A stretch of 32,000 nt of DNA from Shewanella profunda (GTDB taxonomy: Bacteria; Pseudomonadota; Gammaproteobacteria; Enterobacterales; Shewanellaceae). Numbering within the stretch: position 1 is the first letter of the stretch; each line of letters begins with the position of its first letter. Shown here piece by piece: positions 8,999 through 16,573 of the stretch. The stretch lies in assembly GCF_023283765.1 (NCBI RefSeq), contig NZ_JAKILG010000004.1, forward strand, positions 79,513 to 111,512, read 5' to 3'. Both the position numbers and the translations under genes were made by a program. Below the pieces are notes generated by a model. The model saw only the letters and a list, made by a program, of their open reading frames with translations, was not told where the DNA came from and did no database searches.

Positions 8999-9319
8999 TT
9001 ACTGGTCGAGCATCCCAGCCAAGGCGGTCTGCTGGCCTTCGCTACAAGGTGCAAATCCGGCAAAAGCACCGGCATTAACCTTGAGCTCATCAAAGCGTCC
9101 ATCGGTGTCCCGGTAGTACACCTTACGTTTTCCAATTCCACCTTCGAGGTTTGCGGCCAACCAGGCGACCACTGCATCAGCATCGTTCGTAACTGAGGCT
9201 CCCTGATCCAGATCGATAAGTACCAGGTGGATGTCCGTCTGGAGTGCCACCTCGAAGGTAGCTCTTACGTCAAAAATCACTGATCGCGCTCCTTGTAAAA
9301 AGTGGGTACTCGGCACCAC
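8999..9319 (-). CDS. Hypothetical protein (up to 106 aa), first gene of the integrase operon
   Basis: The ORF lies 6 nt upstream of the next gene. No motif recognised and the start is uncertain. Confidence 0.45.
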   Translation of the reverse strand: MVPSTHFLQGARSVIFDVRATFEVALQTDIHLVLIDLDQGASVTNDADAVVAWLAANLEGGIGKRKVYYRDTDGRFDELKVNAGAFAGFAPCSEGQQTALAGMLDQ

Positions 9320-9402
9320 CTATCCTATTCCAAAAATCCTACTTTTTCAAAGATACATTTTAATAAGTAGAATAAACCACGCAGACTTTACGATTATTTA
9401 CT

Positions 9403-9419
9403 GTAATTATCATAATTAC
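9403..9419. promoter_or_regulatory. Perfect 8-bp inverted repeat gtaattat-c-ataattac in a divergent promoter region
   Basis: Seen directly in the 219-bp AT-rich spacer between the divergent genes at 9319 (-) and 9539 (+). It is flanked by direct tacgat(t/a)att repeats at about 9389-9397 and 9424-9432. Confidence 0.35.
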
Positions 9420-9538
9420 GGTAATACGATAATTTTACAGGTTACGACAAAACGGTATAATGTCGCGCTGGAACATACTTGCGAGGGATCGGCTTAACAG
9501 CGATAGTGGATACATAATGTGCAGGTGCGAGAAATAAT

Positions 9539-10141
9539 ATGTATAAGAGCCTTGAAGATCTGATGGCGGGTATTTACGAGATGGCCGCGCCAGATGGCAT
9601 CATCTGTAACGAGGTTTCCAAATTCCTTGCGGCCAACCAAGTCAAGCCGGAAGACATAAGCTCTGGGATCTGGTTTTTCCTGTGGCTTAAATCAGCTCCC
9701 AAGGATGCGAAGCCAATCCAAAAAGAAATCCCCGGATTTGGAGTCGTTCTCAACATGCCGACTTATGGCGGAACGCTCAACGAAGCAATCACAGGGTTGA
9801 TCGAGAACGAGTGCCGTCAAATACAACTCGCTGAGGGACACCCTAGCCTTGAGGCTTGGGTTGAATCGGTATTAGCTGGTCGAGATGACGGAGAGGAAAA
9901 TGAAGCTGCGGCCAATATCGTGGACCTGCTTAATGGGTGTCACGACCTACTGGATACAGCAATTATCAATTACCTTTTTAAGGTGGGAAAAATCAACGAG
10001 CAAGAGATTTTGTCGCTTATCTATTATGGAGAGCTATGTGACCACTCTCTTGTCGGTACGCCTTTTTCAACGTTACATATCCCGAGTGAAAATAACGTCC
10101 ACGAACGTAACATCATCCCCATTAAAAAAGGAGCCAGTTAG
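9539..10141 (+). CDS. Hypothetical acidic protein (200 aa)
   Basis: Long ORF with an ATG start that ends inside a strong terminator hairpin. No motif recognised. Confidence 0.55.
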   Translation: MYKSLEDLMAGIYEMAAPDGIICNEVSKFLAANQVKPEDISSGIWFFLWLKSAPKDAKPIQKEIPGFGVVLNMPTYGGTLNEAITGLIENECRQIQLAEGHPSLEAWVESVLAGRDDGEENEAAANIVDLLNGCHDLLDTAIINYLFKVGKINEQEILSLIYYGELCDHSLVGTPFSTLHIPSENNVHERNIIPIKKGAS

Positions 10142-10151
10142 GCTCCTTTTT
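10130..10151. terminator. Bidirectional rho-independent terminator
   Basis: aaaaaa-GGAGCC-agtta-GGCTCC-ttttt lies between the convergent genes 9539..10141 (+) and 10157..10609 (-). Confidence 0.65.
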
Positions 10152-10156
10152 ATTAT

Positions 10157-10609
10157 TCAAGGTTTGCTCTGCGAAACCACCTCATCCCACGTATGCAAAA
10201 CCTTCGATAGGTGCTGATGCTTTCGGGTGAAGTCTTTATCATCCAGGAGTGCTTTAAATGGCGCGTTCAGGTCACTGCATTTGACGTTCTTGCCGATCAC
10301 AGACAGGGTATCCTGGAGTGATCCACCAGCAGCATCCAGCCCCATTCTATCGACGGTCTCACTACTCACCATTGCCTGGACAACATTGGTGAATGCCTTT
10401 GAGTTGAGCTGCTCAACACTCAGGGCCGTATTGCATTTTTGCTCAACCGCTTGCTTATACTGGATGGTGTACTTAGCAGTGATCGGTGACATGGTGTTCA
10501 TCGCAAGTATGTATGCGTCCACCTCACTGGTCGGTAATGTCGCGGCGTAGACTGACGAGCCAGATGCGGCTACGGCCATTATCAAAGTTATTACCTTCTT
10601 ATTCTTCAT
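10157..10609 (-). CDS. Hypothetical exported protein (150 aa)
   Basis: N-terminal Sec signal MKNKKVITLIMAVAASGSSVYA|A. A good RBS (AAAGGGGA) lies upstream. Confidence 0.6.
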   Translation of the reverse strand: MKNKKVITLIMAVAASGSSVYAATLPTSEVDAYILAMNTMSPITAKYTIQYKQAVEQKCNTALSVEQLNSKAFTNVVQAMVSSETVDRMGLDAAGGSLQDTLSVIGKNVKCSDLNAPFKALLDDKDFTRKHQHLSKVLHTWDEVVSQSKP

Positions 10610-10693
10610 TTCTCTGAAATTCCCCTTTTAAAATATGGAGCTACAACTCATTTGTACCAATTATAATACTATTGATTTCCAAAAGTATCTCTC

Positions 10694-10838
10694 AGGACCA
10701 ACACCAGCATTATCAGGTGCCACTCACTTGTTGCCATTTCCCTTGTCATGAAAACTACCTACAACAACAAGAATTATGCTAGAAATGGTCAATGCCACCC
10801 CTAAAAACGCACCTATTTTCACATACAGGGTTATCTTT
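10694..10838 (-). pseudogene. 3' half of a second copy of the 75-aa membrane-protein gene (paralogue of 19031..19258), cut off by the pdu insertion
   Basis: Near-identical by eye to 19008-19145 (ccaac.ccagcattatcaggtgc.actcacttgttgccatt.cccttgtcatgaaaactacctacaacaacaagaattatgct.gaaatggtcaatgccacccctaaaaacgc.cctatttt.acatacagg). Similarity stops at 10838. Confidence 0.75.
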
Positions 10839-10999
10839 AAAGCTCAGGCAAGAAAATGTGATGTAGCACAATTTACAACGATTTTAAAAAGAGTATAATT
10901 TTCATATGATATAGTCACGAATGTAATGGATTTATCTTTGTGAAAAACCAAGAATAACTAACGGATTACAACTTTTATTGCCAGGTAAAAAAATGAGAA

Positions 11000-11324
11000 A
11001 CGCCCACGATATACTTGACAATATTGTATATGATTTTGCCAATGCGCTACTGACCTCGATATTCCGACAGCGTCAGCGAGATCCGTTGCCGTTGCGCAGC
11101 AGGTTAAACCCGGAATATCTCTGCATCAGTTTCATTATCAGGAAAAACCTGATGATGAAACTGCAGATGCGGGTAGCCAACAGACAGGTGAAACAAAACA
11201 GGCTGTCGCCATATCAGCAAAATTACTGGTGACATGCAAAATCTGTGGAGATCCTTCATGTCCGCGACATAAGGGCCAGCCACGCAGTAGATGTATTCAC
11301 AATCAGAAATCGGTATTGAGGTAA
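11000..11324 (+). pseudogene. pduK: pduK-like shell-protein remnant (C-terminal tail only; BMC domain missing; frameshifted)
   Basis: The frame ending at TAA 11322-11324 reads ...AISAKLLVTCKICGDPSCPRHKGQPRSRCIHNQKSVLR. This matches the C-terminal Cys motif I remember for PduK (C.LC.DP.CPRQKGEPR..C). That frame is closed by a TGA at 11031-11033, and the upstream part continues in another frame (ORF 10978..11232). Confidence 0.5.
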
Positions 11325-11328
11325 ATCA

Positions 11329-11964
11329 ATGGATCACGATCTGATCACAAAACTGACCGGTCAGGTAATTGCGCAGATGCGGCAACGAACGATTCCGCTG
11401 GGTATATCAAACCGGCATGTTCATTTGTCGGCAAAAGATTACCAGAGTCTGTTTCCCGGACAGACTCTGAAAATTAAAAAGCCCCTTGGTCAGCCCGGGC
11501 AATTTGCGGCAGAGCAGACCGTTTCCTTAATCGGTCCAAGAGGTCAGTTGAAAAACGTACGGATACTGGGGCCGTTGCGGGGACAAACACAGGTGGAAAT
11601 CTCGTACACCGATGCCAGGCAAATTGGCCTGACGGCGCCACTCCGCCTGTCAGGTGATCTGACCGGAAGTGTCTCTGTCACACTCAAAAGCGAGGCCGGA
11701 GAAATTAATCTCACCGAGGGAGTAATCATCGCTCGCAGACATATTCACATGTCGCCACTGGACGCTGCGATATTTGGCGTAACACAAGGAGAAACGGTGA
11801 AAGTCGGGATTGAGGGCACCGATCGAAAACTGATTTTTGATGATGTCTGTATCCGGGTTGCTGAGGATATGCGTCTTGAAATGCATATTGATACTGATGA
11901 AGCGAATGCTGCCGGTATTGATGGAGGCCAGGCAGTGGCAAGACTTCTCCTGACAAAACGCTAA
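11329..11964 (+). CDS. pduL: Phosphate propanoyltransferase PduL (211 aa)
   Basis: Duplicated PduL motifs GISNRHVHLS and IARRHIHMS, plus RLEMHIDTDEANAAG. Close to Salmonella PduL as I recall it. The N-terminal amphipathic helix MDHDLITKLTGQVIAQMRQR resembles an encapsulation peptide. Confidence 0.9.
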   Translation: MDHDLITKLTGQVIAQMRQRTIPLGISNRHVHLSAKDYQSLFPGQTLKIKKPLGQPGQFAAEQTVSLIGPRGQLKNVRILGPLRGQTQVEISYTDARQIGLTAPLRLSGDLTGSVSVTLKSEAGEINLTEGVIIARRHIHMSPLDAAIFGVTQGETVKVGIEGTDRKLIFDDVCIRVAEDMRLEMHIDTDEANAAGIDGGQAVARLLLTKR

Positions 11965-11971
11965 TGCAGGT

Positions 11972-12457
11972 GTGCCTATGCTGGACATGATCGTCTCAAG
12001 GGTCATTACACTTTTACAGGGAAGGGAAAGCCGGAGTTTACGGGTGACCCAGGCCGAGCTGGCGGCAGGCTTATCAAAAACGGTTTATTTGCATAATGCA
12101 CAACTGATATTGCCCTTACCTGATCTGGCTTTTATTCAGAGTCTGGTTGCCTATGATCACCACCACCCGGCAGTGTCGACTGTCCTGGAAGCATGGGCAT
12201 ATGGCGTAAGGTTACACCTTCAGATCCACCAGCAATTACTGACCGCACTGCCACTGCGAGAGTTACGCCGCCTTCCGGTCACACTCACTGACCATATGAG
12301 TACACCGGTGAAACTGGCAGCTGCAGCTGGCCTCAGCTATGCCAGCGTTATTCACTGGCGCGATTGCTGGGTTTTACTGGAAAAGCAGACGCTGATTACC
12401 GCCCTCGCTCGGGAAGTAATGGAAAGACAGAACATCAAACTAATATGGCAGGAGTAA
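11972..12457 (+). CDS. pduM: PduM-like microcompartment protein (about 160 aa; ATG at 11978 likely the start)
   Basis: Position between pduL and pduN, the size, and the C-terminal ...[20 protein letters not shown] resemble PduM (recalled ...VTALAQDAVG.RNVQLIKQE). Confidence 0.55.
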   Translation: MPMLDMIVSRVITLLQGRESRSLRVTQAELAAGLSKTVYLHNAQLILPLPDLAFIQSLVAYDHHHPAVSTVLEAWAYGVRLHLQIHQQLLTALPLRELRRLPVTLTDHMSTPVKLAAAAGLSYASVIHWRDCWVLLEKQTLITALAREVMERQNIKLIWQE

Positions 12458-12461
12458 CGCA

Positions 12462-12740
12462 ATGCAACTGGCGAAAGTCGTAGGGTCAGTGGTGTCGACG
12501 CAAAAATCTGCATCCCTGACAGGTAAAAAATTGATGGTCGTTACTTTAGTTAATCTGGACGGCTCCACACCGCATTTCCAGGAAAACACCCAGGAGGTTG
12601 CTGTGGATTCTATGGGAGCAGGCGAAGGAGAGCTGGTTCTGGTCAGCCGTGGCTCTTCAGCCAGAAAGATCTTTCCGGAACCAAATCAGGCCATTGATCT
12701 GGCCATCGTCGGCATCGTCGATACCATCGATCGGTTTTAG
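12462..12740 (+). CDS. pduN: BMC vertex pentamer protein, EutN/CcmL/PduN family (92 aa)
   Basis: [27 protein letters not shown]....[22 protein letters not shown]......[13 protein letters not shown] is the canonical EutN/PduN pattern. Confidence 0.88.
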   Translation: MQLAKVVGSVVSTQKSASLTGKKLMVVTLVNLDGSTPHFQENTQEVAVDSMGAGEGELVLVSRGSSARKIFPEPNQAIDLAIVGIVDTIDRF

Positions 12741-12772
12741 CCTCGGTCGGCTGTTACAGGAGAAACAGAGCT

Positions 12773-13288
12773 ATGCCAGAACAGGATATAGCATCCCTTA
12801 TCAGAGAGCATCGCATATTGCTGGAGGAGGCCGTCGGCGAAGTTATCCGCCAGTACCCTCAGTCACTTTCGCCATCGGAAAACTTCAGTAAGCACATTTT
12901 CAGTTCAGAGCAGTTGAAAAACATTATCGATACTGTTACTGTTCTGGCGGAGGCGTGGCAGCAAAGCGCCATGGTAGTTATCACCTTGTGTGACGAAAAA
13001 GGCGAATGTGTTCTGACTTACCGCATGCCGGGTGCATCGGCAGAAGATATTGCTGTCGCCGAGCTTGCGGCCGAAGCCGCGGTACGTTTCGCTAAAGATA
13101 ATAAACAGATCATTGACCCCACACCACATAACGTCATTGGCGGGATTGATACCTCCCGCGGAGGTTGTGTCGTGAATTGTGCGGGAAAAGTGATCGGTGG
13201 GGTCGGAATTAGCGGCGCATCCGCTGAAAAAAATCATCTTATTGCATTACGGGCTGTCGACAGCCTTAAATCAGGGAGTCAAAAATGA
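12773..13288 (+). CDS. DUF336 / GlcG-like heme-binding-fold protein (equivalent to the PduO C-terminal domain only), 171 aa
   Basis: ...VVITLCDEKGECVLTYRMPGA......AE.AAEAAVRF......GG......GKVIGGVGISGASAEKNHLIA matches the DUF336 pattern. No adenosyltransferase domain is present. The N-terminal helix resembles an encapsulation peptide. Confidence 0.75.
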   Translation: MPEQDIASLIREHRILLEEAVGEVIRQYPQSLSPSENFSKHIFSSEQLKNIIDTVTVLAEAWQQSAMVVITLCDEKGECVLTYRMPGASAEDIAVAELAAEAAVRFAKDNKQIIDPTPHNVIGGIDTSRGGCVVNCAGKVIGGVGISGASAEKNHLIALRAVDSLKSGSQK

Positions 13289-14679
13289 ATACCACTGAAC
13301 TGGAGAATATGAACCGCAATATTCTTGCTGATAATCTGAAAGGGACCGCTACTGCCCCTGGAAACATTCAGCACACTATCTTCGCTCGTGTGGAAGATGC
13401 TATCACTGCCAGCTACGATGCCTATAAAAAATACATGGCAGAACCTCTGGCACTTCGAACCAGGATCATTACAGCCCTGAAGGAAGAGCTGGCACCCTGG
13501 ATCAAAGAGATGTCCGAACGCGCCGCAGAAGAAACCGGCATGGGTAATGCACCCGACAAAATCAGTAAAAACACTGCGGCACTGAATAATACTCCGGGGA
13601 TTGAGGATTTGACCACAAGCGCCCTGACTGGTGATGGTGGCATGGTTTTATTCGAACTATCTCCCTTCGGAGTCATTGGCGCTATCGCCCCCAGCACCAA
13701 TCCGACCGCAACTATCATTAACAACACCATCAGTATGCTGGCCGCTGGTAATGCTGTCTACTTCAGCCCCCATCCTGGCGCAAAGAAGGTATCTTTGTGG
13801 CTTATTGAAAAAATCGAAGACATCATTTATCGGGTAAGCGGGATCCGGAATCTGGTTACCACCGTCGCAGAGCCCACCTTTGACGCCACTCGCGAAATGA
13901 TGTCAGATCCGCGCATTGCTCTGCTTGTGGTTACAGGCGGCCCGGCAATTGTCAATATGGCCATGAAAACCGGTAAAAAAGTTATCGGTGCCGGCCCAGG
14001 TAACCCCCCTGTACTGGTGGATGAAACTGCCTGTCCGGTCAAAGCTGCCAAAGATATCGTTGATGGTGCCTCTTTCGATCATAACGTCCTTTGCACCGCC
14101 GAAAAATGCGTCATCGTGGTCGATAGCATCGCCGATCGCCTCGTAGAAAATATGCAGAAAAACGATGCCTTTCTGGTAAAAACACCCGGTGATATTGCCA
14201 GACTGCGCCAGGTCGTTATCAATGACAAAGGAGAAGCAAACAAGAAACTGGTAGGCAAAAGCCCGGCAGTGATCCTGCAGGCTGCTGATCTGAACACATC
14301 AACGGCACCGCGACTGATTATTGTGGAAGTGGAGCAGGACGATCCGCTGGTGATGGTCGAACAATTGATGCCGGTTCTGCCTGTTGTGCGGGTCAGGGAT
14401 TTTGAGACAGGGCTGGCACTGGCGCTGAAAGTGGAAAACGATCAGCACCATACAGCCATAATGCATTCGCAGAATGTTTCCCGTCTGAACCTGGCTGCGA
14501 AGACCATGCAGACTTCAATATTTGTGAAAAATGGCCCTTCCTATGCCGGACTGGGCATAGGTGCCGAGGGTTTTACCACCCTTACTATTGCGACACCCAC
14601 TGGCGAAGGGACAACATCAGCACGGAGCTTCGCCCGTAAACGCCGTTGTGTGCTGACCAATGGATTTTCCATCCGCTAA
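13285..14679 (+). CDS. pduP: CoA-acylating propionaldehyde dehydrogenase, PduP/EutE family (464 aa)
   Basis: The N-terminus MNTTELENMNRNILADNL resembles the PduP encapsulation peptide (MNTSELETLIRTILSEQL). Aldehyde dehydrogenase core with the catalytic-Cys context FDHNVLCTAEK. The start overlaps the previous stop (ATGA). Confidence 0.9.
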   Translation: MNTTELENMNRNILADNLKGTATAPGNIQHTIFARVEDAITASYDAYKKYMAEPLALRTRIITALKEELAPWIKEMSERAAEETGMGNAPDKISKNTAALNNTPGIEDLTTSALTGDGGMVLFELSPFGVIGAIAPSTNPTATIINNTISMLAAGNAVYFSPHPGAKKVSLWLIEKIEDIIYRVSGIRNLVTTVAEPTFDATREMMSDPRIALLVVTGGPAIVNMAMKTGKKVIGAGPGNPPVLVDETACPVKAAKDIVDGASFDHNVLCTAEKCVIVVDSIADRLVENMQKNDAFLVKTPGDIARLRQVVINDKGEANKKLVGKSPAVILQAADLNTSTAPRLIIVEVEQDDPLVMVEQLMPVLPVVRVRDFETGLALALKVENDQHHTAIMHSQNVSRLNLAAKTMQTSIFVKNGPSYAGLGIGAEGFTTLTIATPTGEGTTSARSFARKRRCVLTNGFSIR

Positions 14680-14694
14680 GTGGAGGATGTGAAG

Positions 14695-15807
14695 ATGTCC
14701 CTGTTCACGGTAAAAACGCGGGTATATAGCGGAGCCGACAGTTTAACCTGGCTCAGAACGCTCCACGGTAAAAAGATCTGGATTGTCTGCGATGGTTTTC
14801 TGGCTGGCAGCCCCAATCTGAAAATGGTCACCGACAATATCCACGAGGACAACACTGTCGGTCTGTTTAGCGATATCATCCCCGATCCGCCTGTCGCTAC
14901 AGTGGCGGCTGGTATTGAGGCTATGAGTGCGATACAGCCGGATGTAGTGATCGGTTTCGGCGGTGGGTCGGCACTGGATTCAGCAAAGGCGATAATTTTC
15001 TTTGGCCGCAAGCTTGGCATTATGGTTGAGAACTTCGTTGCAATCCCCACTACCAGTGGTACGGGTTCTGAAGTCACCAGCGCCAGTGTTATCAGCGATC
15101 CGGCCAGCAGAATAAAATACCCGTTGTTTGATGACAGTCTTTACCCTGATATAGCGCTTCTTGAACCGCGACTGGTGCTAAGCGTACCACCGGCAGTAAC
15201 AGCCAATACCGGGCTTGACGTACTGACGCATGCACTTGAGGCATATGTGGCCAAAGGCGCAACGGACTTTACTGATGCACTGGCAGAAAAAGCAGCACAA
15301 CTGGTCATCAGTTTCCTGCCCGTCGTATATCGGGACGGTAATGAACTGGAAGCTCGAACCCGGATGCATAATGCTTCCACGCTGGCCGGTATCGCCTTCA
15401 GCCAGGCCGGGCTGGGAATGAACCATGCCATTGCTCATCAACTGGGTGGTCAACTGCACATACCCCATGGACTTGCCAACGCGCTGTTGCTGTGCCACGT
15501 GATCCGGTTCAACAGTCGTGATTTAGCCGTTCGTGCAAAATATGCACGGTTAAGTAAACTGTGTGGCCTGGCAAACTTCCAGTCGGCGGATGAGTATTGT
15601 GTCGCGAGTCTAATCACCCATCTGCACAATCTCATGAAGCAGGTTAATGTCGCAGACAACCTTAGCGCATTAAACATCACTCGCGAACAGGTAACGACTG
15701 CTGAAAATGCCATGATTACAGCCGCTTTACAAGATGCCTGTCTATCCACCAATCCGGTAACCGTATCGGATACGGATATACGTGCTATTCTTAGAGCGAT
15801 TATATAG
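14695..15807 (+). CDS. pduQ: Iron-containing alcohol dehydrogenase, PduQ/EutG family (370 aa from ATG 14695; ORF track starts at GTG 14680)
   Basis: GFGGGSALDSAKA glycine-rich NAD motif. His-rich metal site ...THALEAY...GMNHAIAHQLGGQLHIPHGLANA. GGAGGA lies 7 nt before the ATG at 14695. Confidence 0.88.
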   Translation: MSLFTVKTRVYSGADSLTWLRTLHGKKIWIVCDGFLAGSPNLKMVTDNIHEDNTVGLFSDIIPDPPVATVAAGIEAMSAIQPDVVIGFGGGSALDSAKAIIFFGRKLGIMVENFVAIPTTSGTGSEVTSASVISDPASRIKYPLFDDSLYPDIALLEPRLVLSVPPAVTANTGLDVLTHALEAYVAKGATDFTDALAEKAAQLVISFLPVVYRDGNELEARTRMHNASTLAGIAFSQAGLGMNHAIAHQLGGQLHIPHGLANALLLCHVIRFNSRDLAVRAKYARLSKLCGLANFQSADEYCVASLITHLHNLMKQVNVADNLSALNITREQVTTAENAMITAALQDACLSTNPVTVSDTDIRAILRAII

Positions 15808-15826
15808 AGTCAGGATCAGAAAATTT

Positions 15827-15876
15827 AAGCCGGAAAAAACTGTTAAGTTACGTGATTTTTTCCGGCTTCTTTTTTA
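15827..15876 (+). terminator. Rho-independent terminator after pduQ
   Basis: aagccggaaaaaa ... ttttttccggctt forms a 13-bp stem, followed by cttttttaa. Confidence 0.8.
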
Positions 15877-16017
15877 ATTTTCAATCCCCCGAACATGTTA
15901 TATAAATCATATCCGTTTCCTGGATACTGGATTACCATTACAGAATAATCCCCTTTAAATCAATCCAACCAAATGATGGTCATTCAATGAAAATGACTCA
16001 GATCAAGAAATTAATAC

Positions 16018-16222
16018 TTTTCTTTTAGTAGAAAGTAATCTACCGCCCCCATAATGAACGCACTTACTAATACAGCTAATCCTATGTTCATTAACGTTCG
16101 CTGCACCCTTTCAACCTTTGTCAGGTTCCGCATAAATGCCTCTCAAAACCACTTGGCCGCTGGTGTCGGTTAGCCACAACCGGCACCAGCATCACCCTCC
16201 TTATGTCCGGAGAAGAACCTCA
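16018..16222 (-). pseudogene. 5' half of the split 75-aa gene copy plus an rhs core scar and the 3' tip of a 99-aa-type gene (duplicate of 19143-19348)
   Basis: Near-identical by eye to 19143-19348 (cttttagtagaaagtaatctaccgcccccataatgaacgcactta.taatacagctaatcctatgttcattaacgttcgctgcaccctttcaa.ctttgtcagg...aaaccacttggccgctgg...ccacaaccggcaccagcatcaccc...ccggagaagaacctcat). Confidence 0.75.
16146..16174 (-). repeat. rhs core scar (about 29 nt, encodes ..DTSGQVV)
   Basis: aaaccacttggccgctggtgtcggttagc. Compare the main rhs at 21897-21925, aaaccacttggccgcttgcatcggtcagc. Confidence 0.7.
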
Positions 16223-16570
16223 TTACTTCTGCTTATTCTTAACACTAGATCCGCAGTTCGGGCACTTTAGATTCTTTGAGAAAATCACACCAATGACGAT
16301 ATTAATCTTGGATGAAAATAATTTTTTATCTCCCCTAGCTCGATGGAAGTAAGTTGAGCCACATGAAGTGCATCTTATAATCAAAGACATTACTGCGGTT
16401 GGTATCGAAGCAAACAACAAACACTGAACAAAAATATAAATTGTATCGTTGGTAACGCTGGTTAATCCCAGCTCGTAAAAAAGGCCAAGCACTAAAATAG
16501 AAAGCGCGATACCCCACGAAATAATTACCCCTACCGCTGTCAGCCTTATAGCCAAAGATTTTACTATCAT
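16223..16570 (-). CDS. Putative immunity protein of orphan rhs-CT 16574..17458; membrane protein with a C-terminal zinc ribbon (115 aa)
   Basis: Starts 3 nt after the orphan toxin stop. Two or three hydrophobic helices, then CTSCG...CPNCG. Confidence 0.55.
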   Translation of the reverse strand: MIVKSLAIRLTAVGVIISWGIALSILVLGLFYELGLTSVTNDTIYIFVQCLLFASIPTAVMSLIIRCTSCGSTYFHRARGDKKLFSSKINIVIGVIFSKNLKCPNCGSSVKNKQK

Positions 16571-16573
16571 TAT

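Larger units (their letters stand above)
10839..16017 (+). other. 5.2-kb inserted segment carrying the 3' part of a pdu-type operon
   Basis: Defined by the break in collinearity between 10694-10838 plus 16018-16222 and the uninterrupted copy at 19008-19350. No transposase or terminal inverted repeats lie inside it. Confidence 0.7.

Noticed and set aside
8723-9497. Overlapping short ORFs around 8723..9497 (8723..8977, 8850..9116, 8980..9183, 9231..9497) and 9574..10550 (9574..9756, 9885..10217, 10227..10550)
   Set aside because: They conflict with the compact operon and gene calls that have better starts and packing. No motifs are present.
10978-11232. 84-aa ORF upstream of pduL as a real gene
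   Set aside because: It has a non-ATG start. It is better explained as the out-of-frame upstream part of a frameshifted pduK remnant, whose recognisable C-terminal Cys motif is in another frame ending at 11324.
13422-15752. Antisense ORFs inside pduP and pduQ (13422..13730, 13827..14051, 14079..14297, 14676..15077, 15141..15498, 15450..15752) and 11544..12006 inside pduL
   Set aside because: They overlap well-supported enzyme genes and have no independent evidence.
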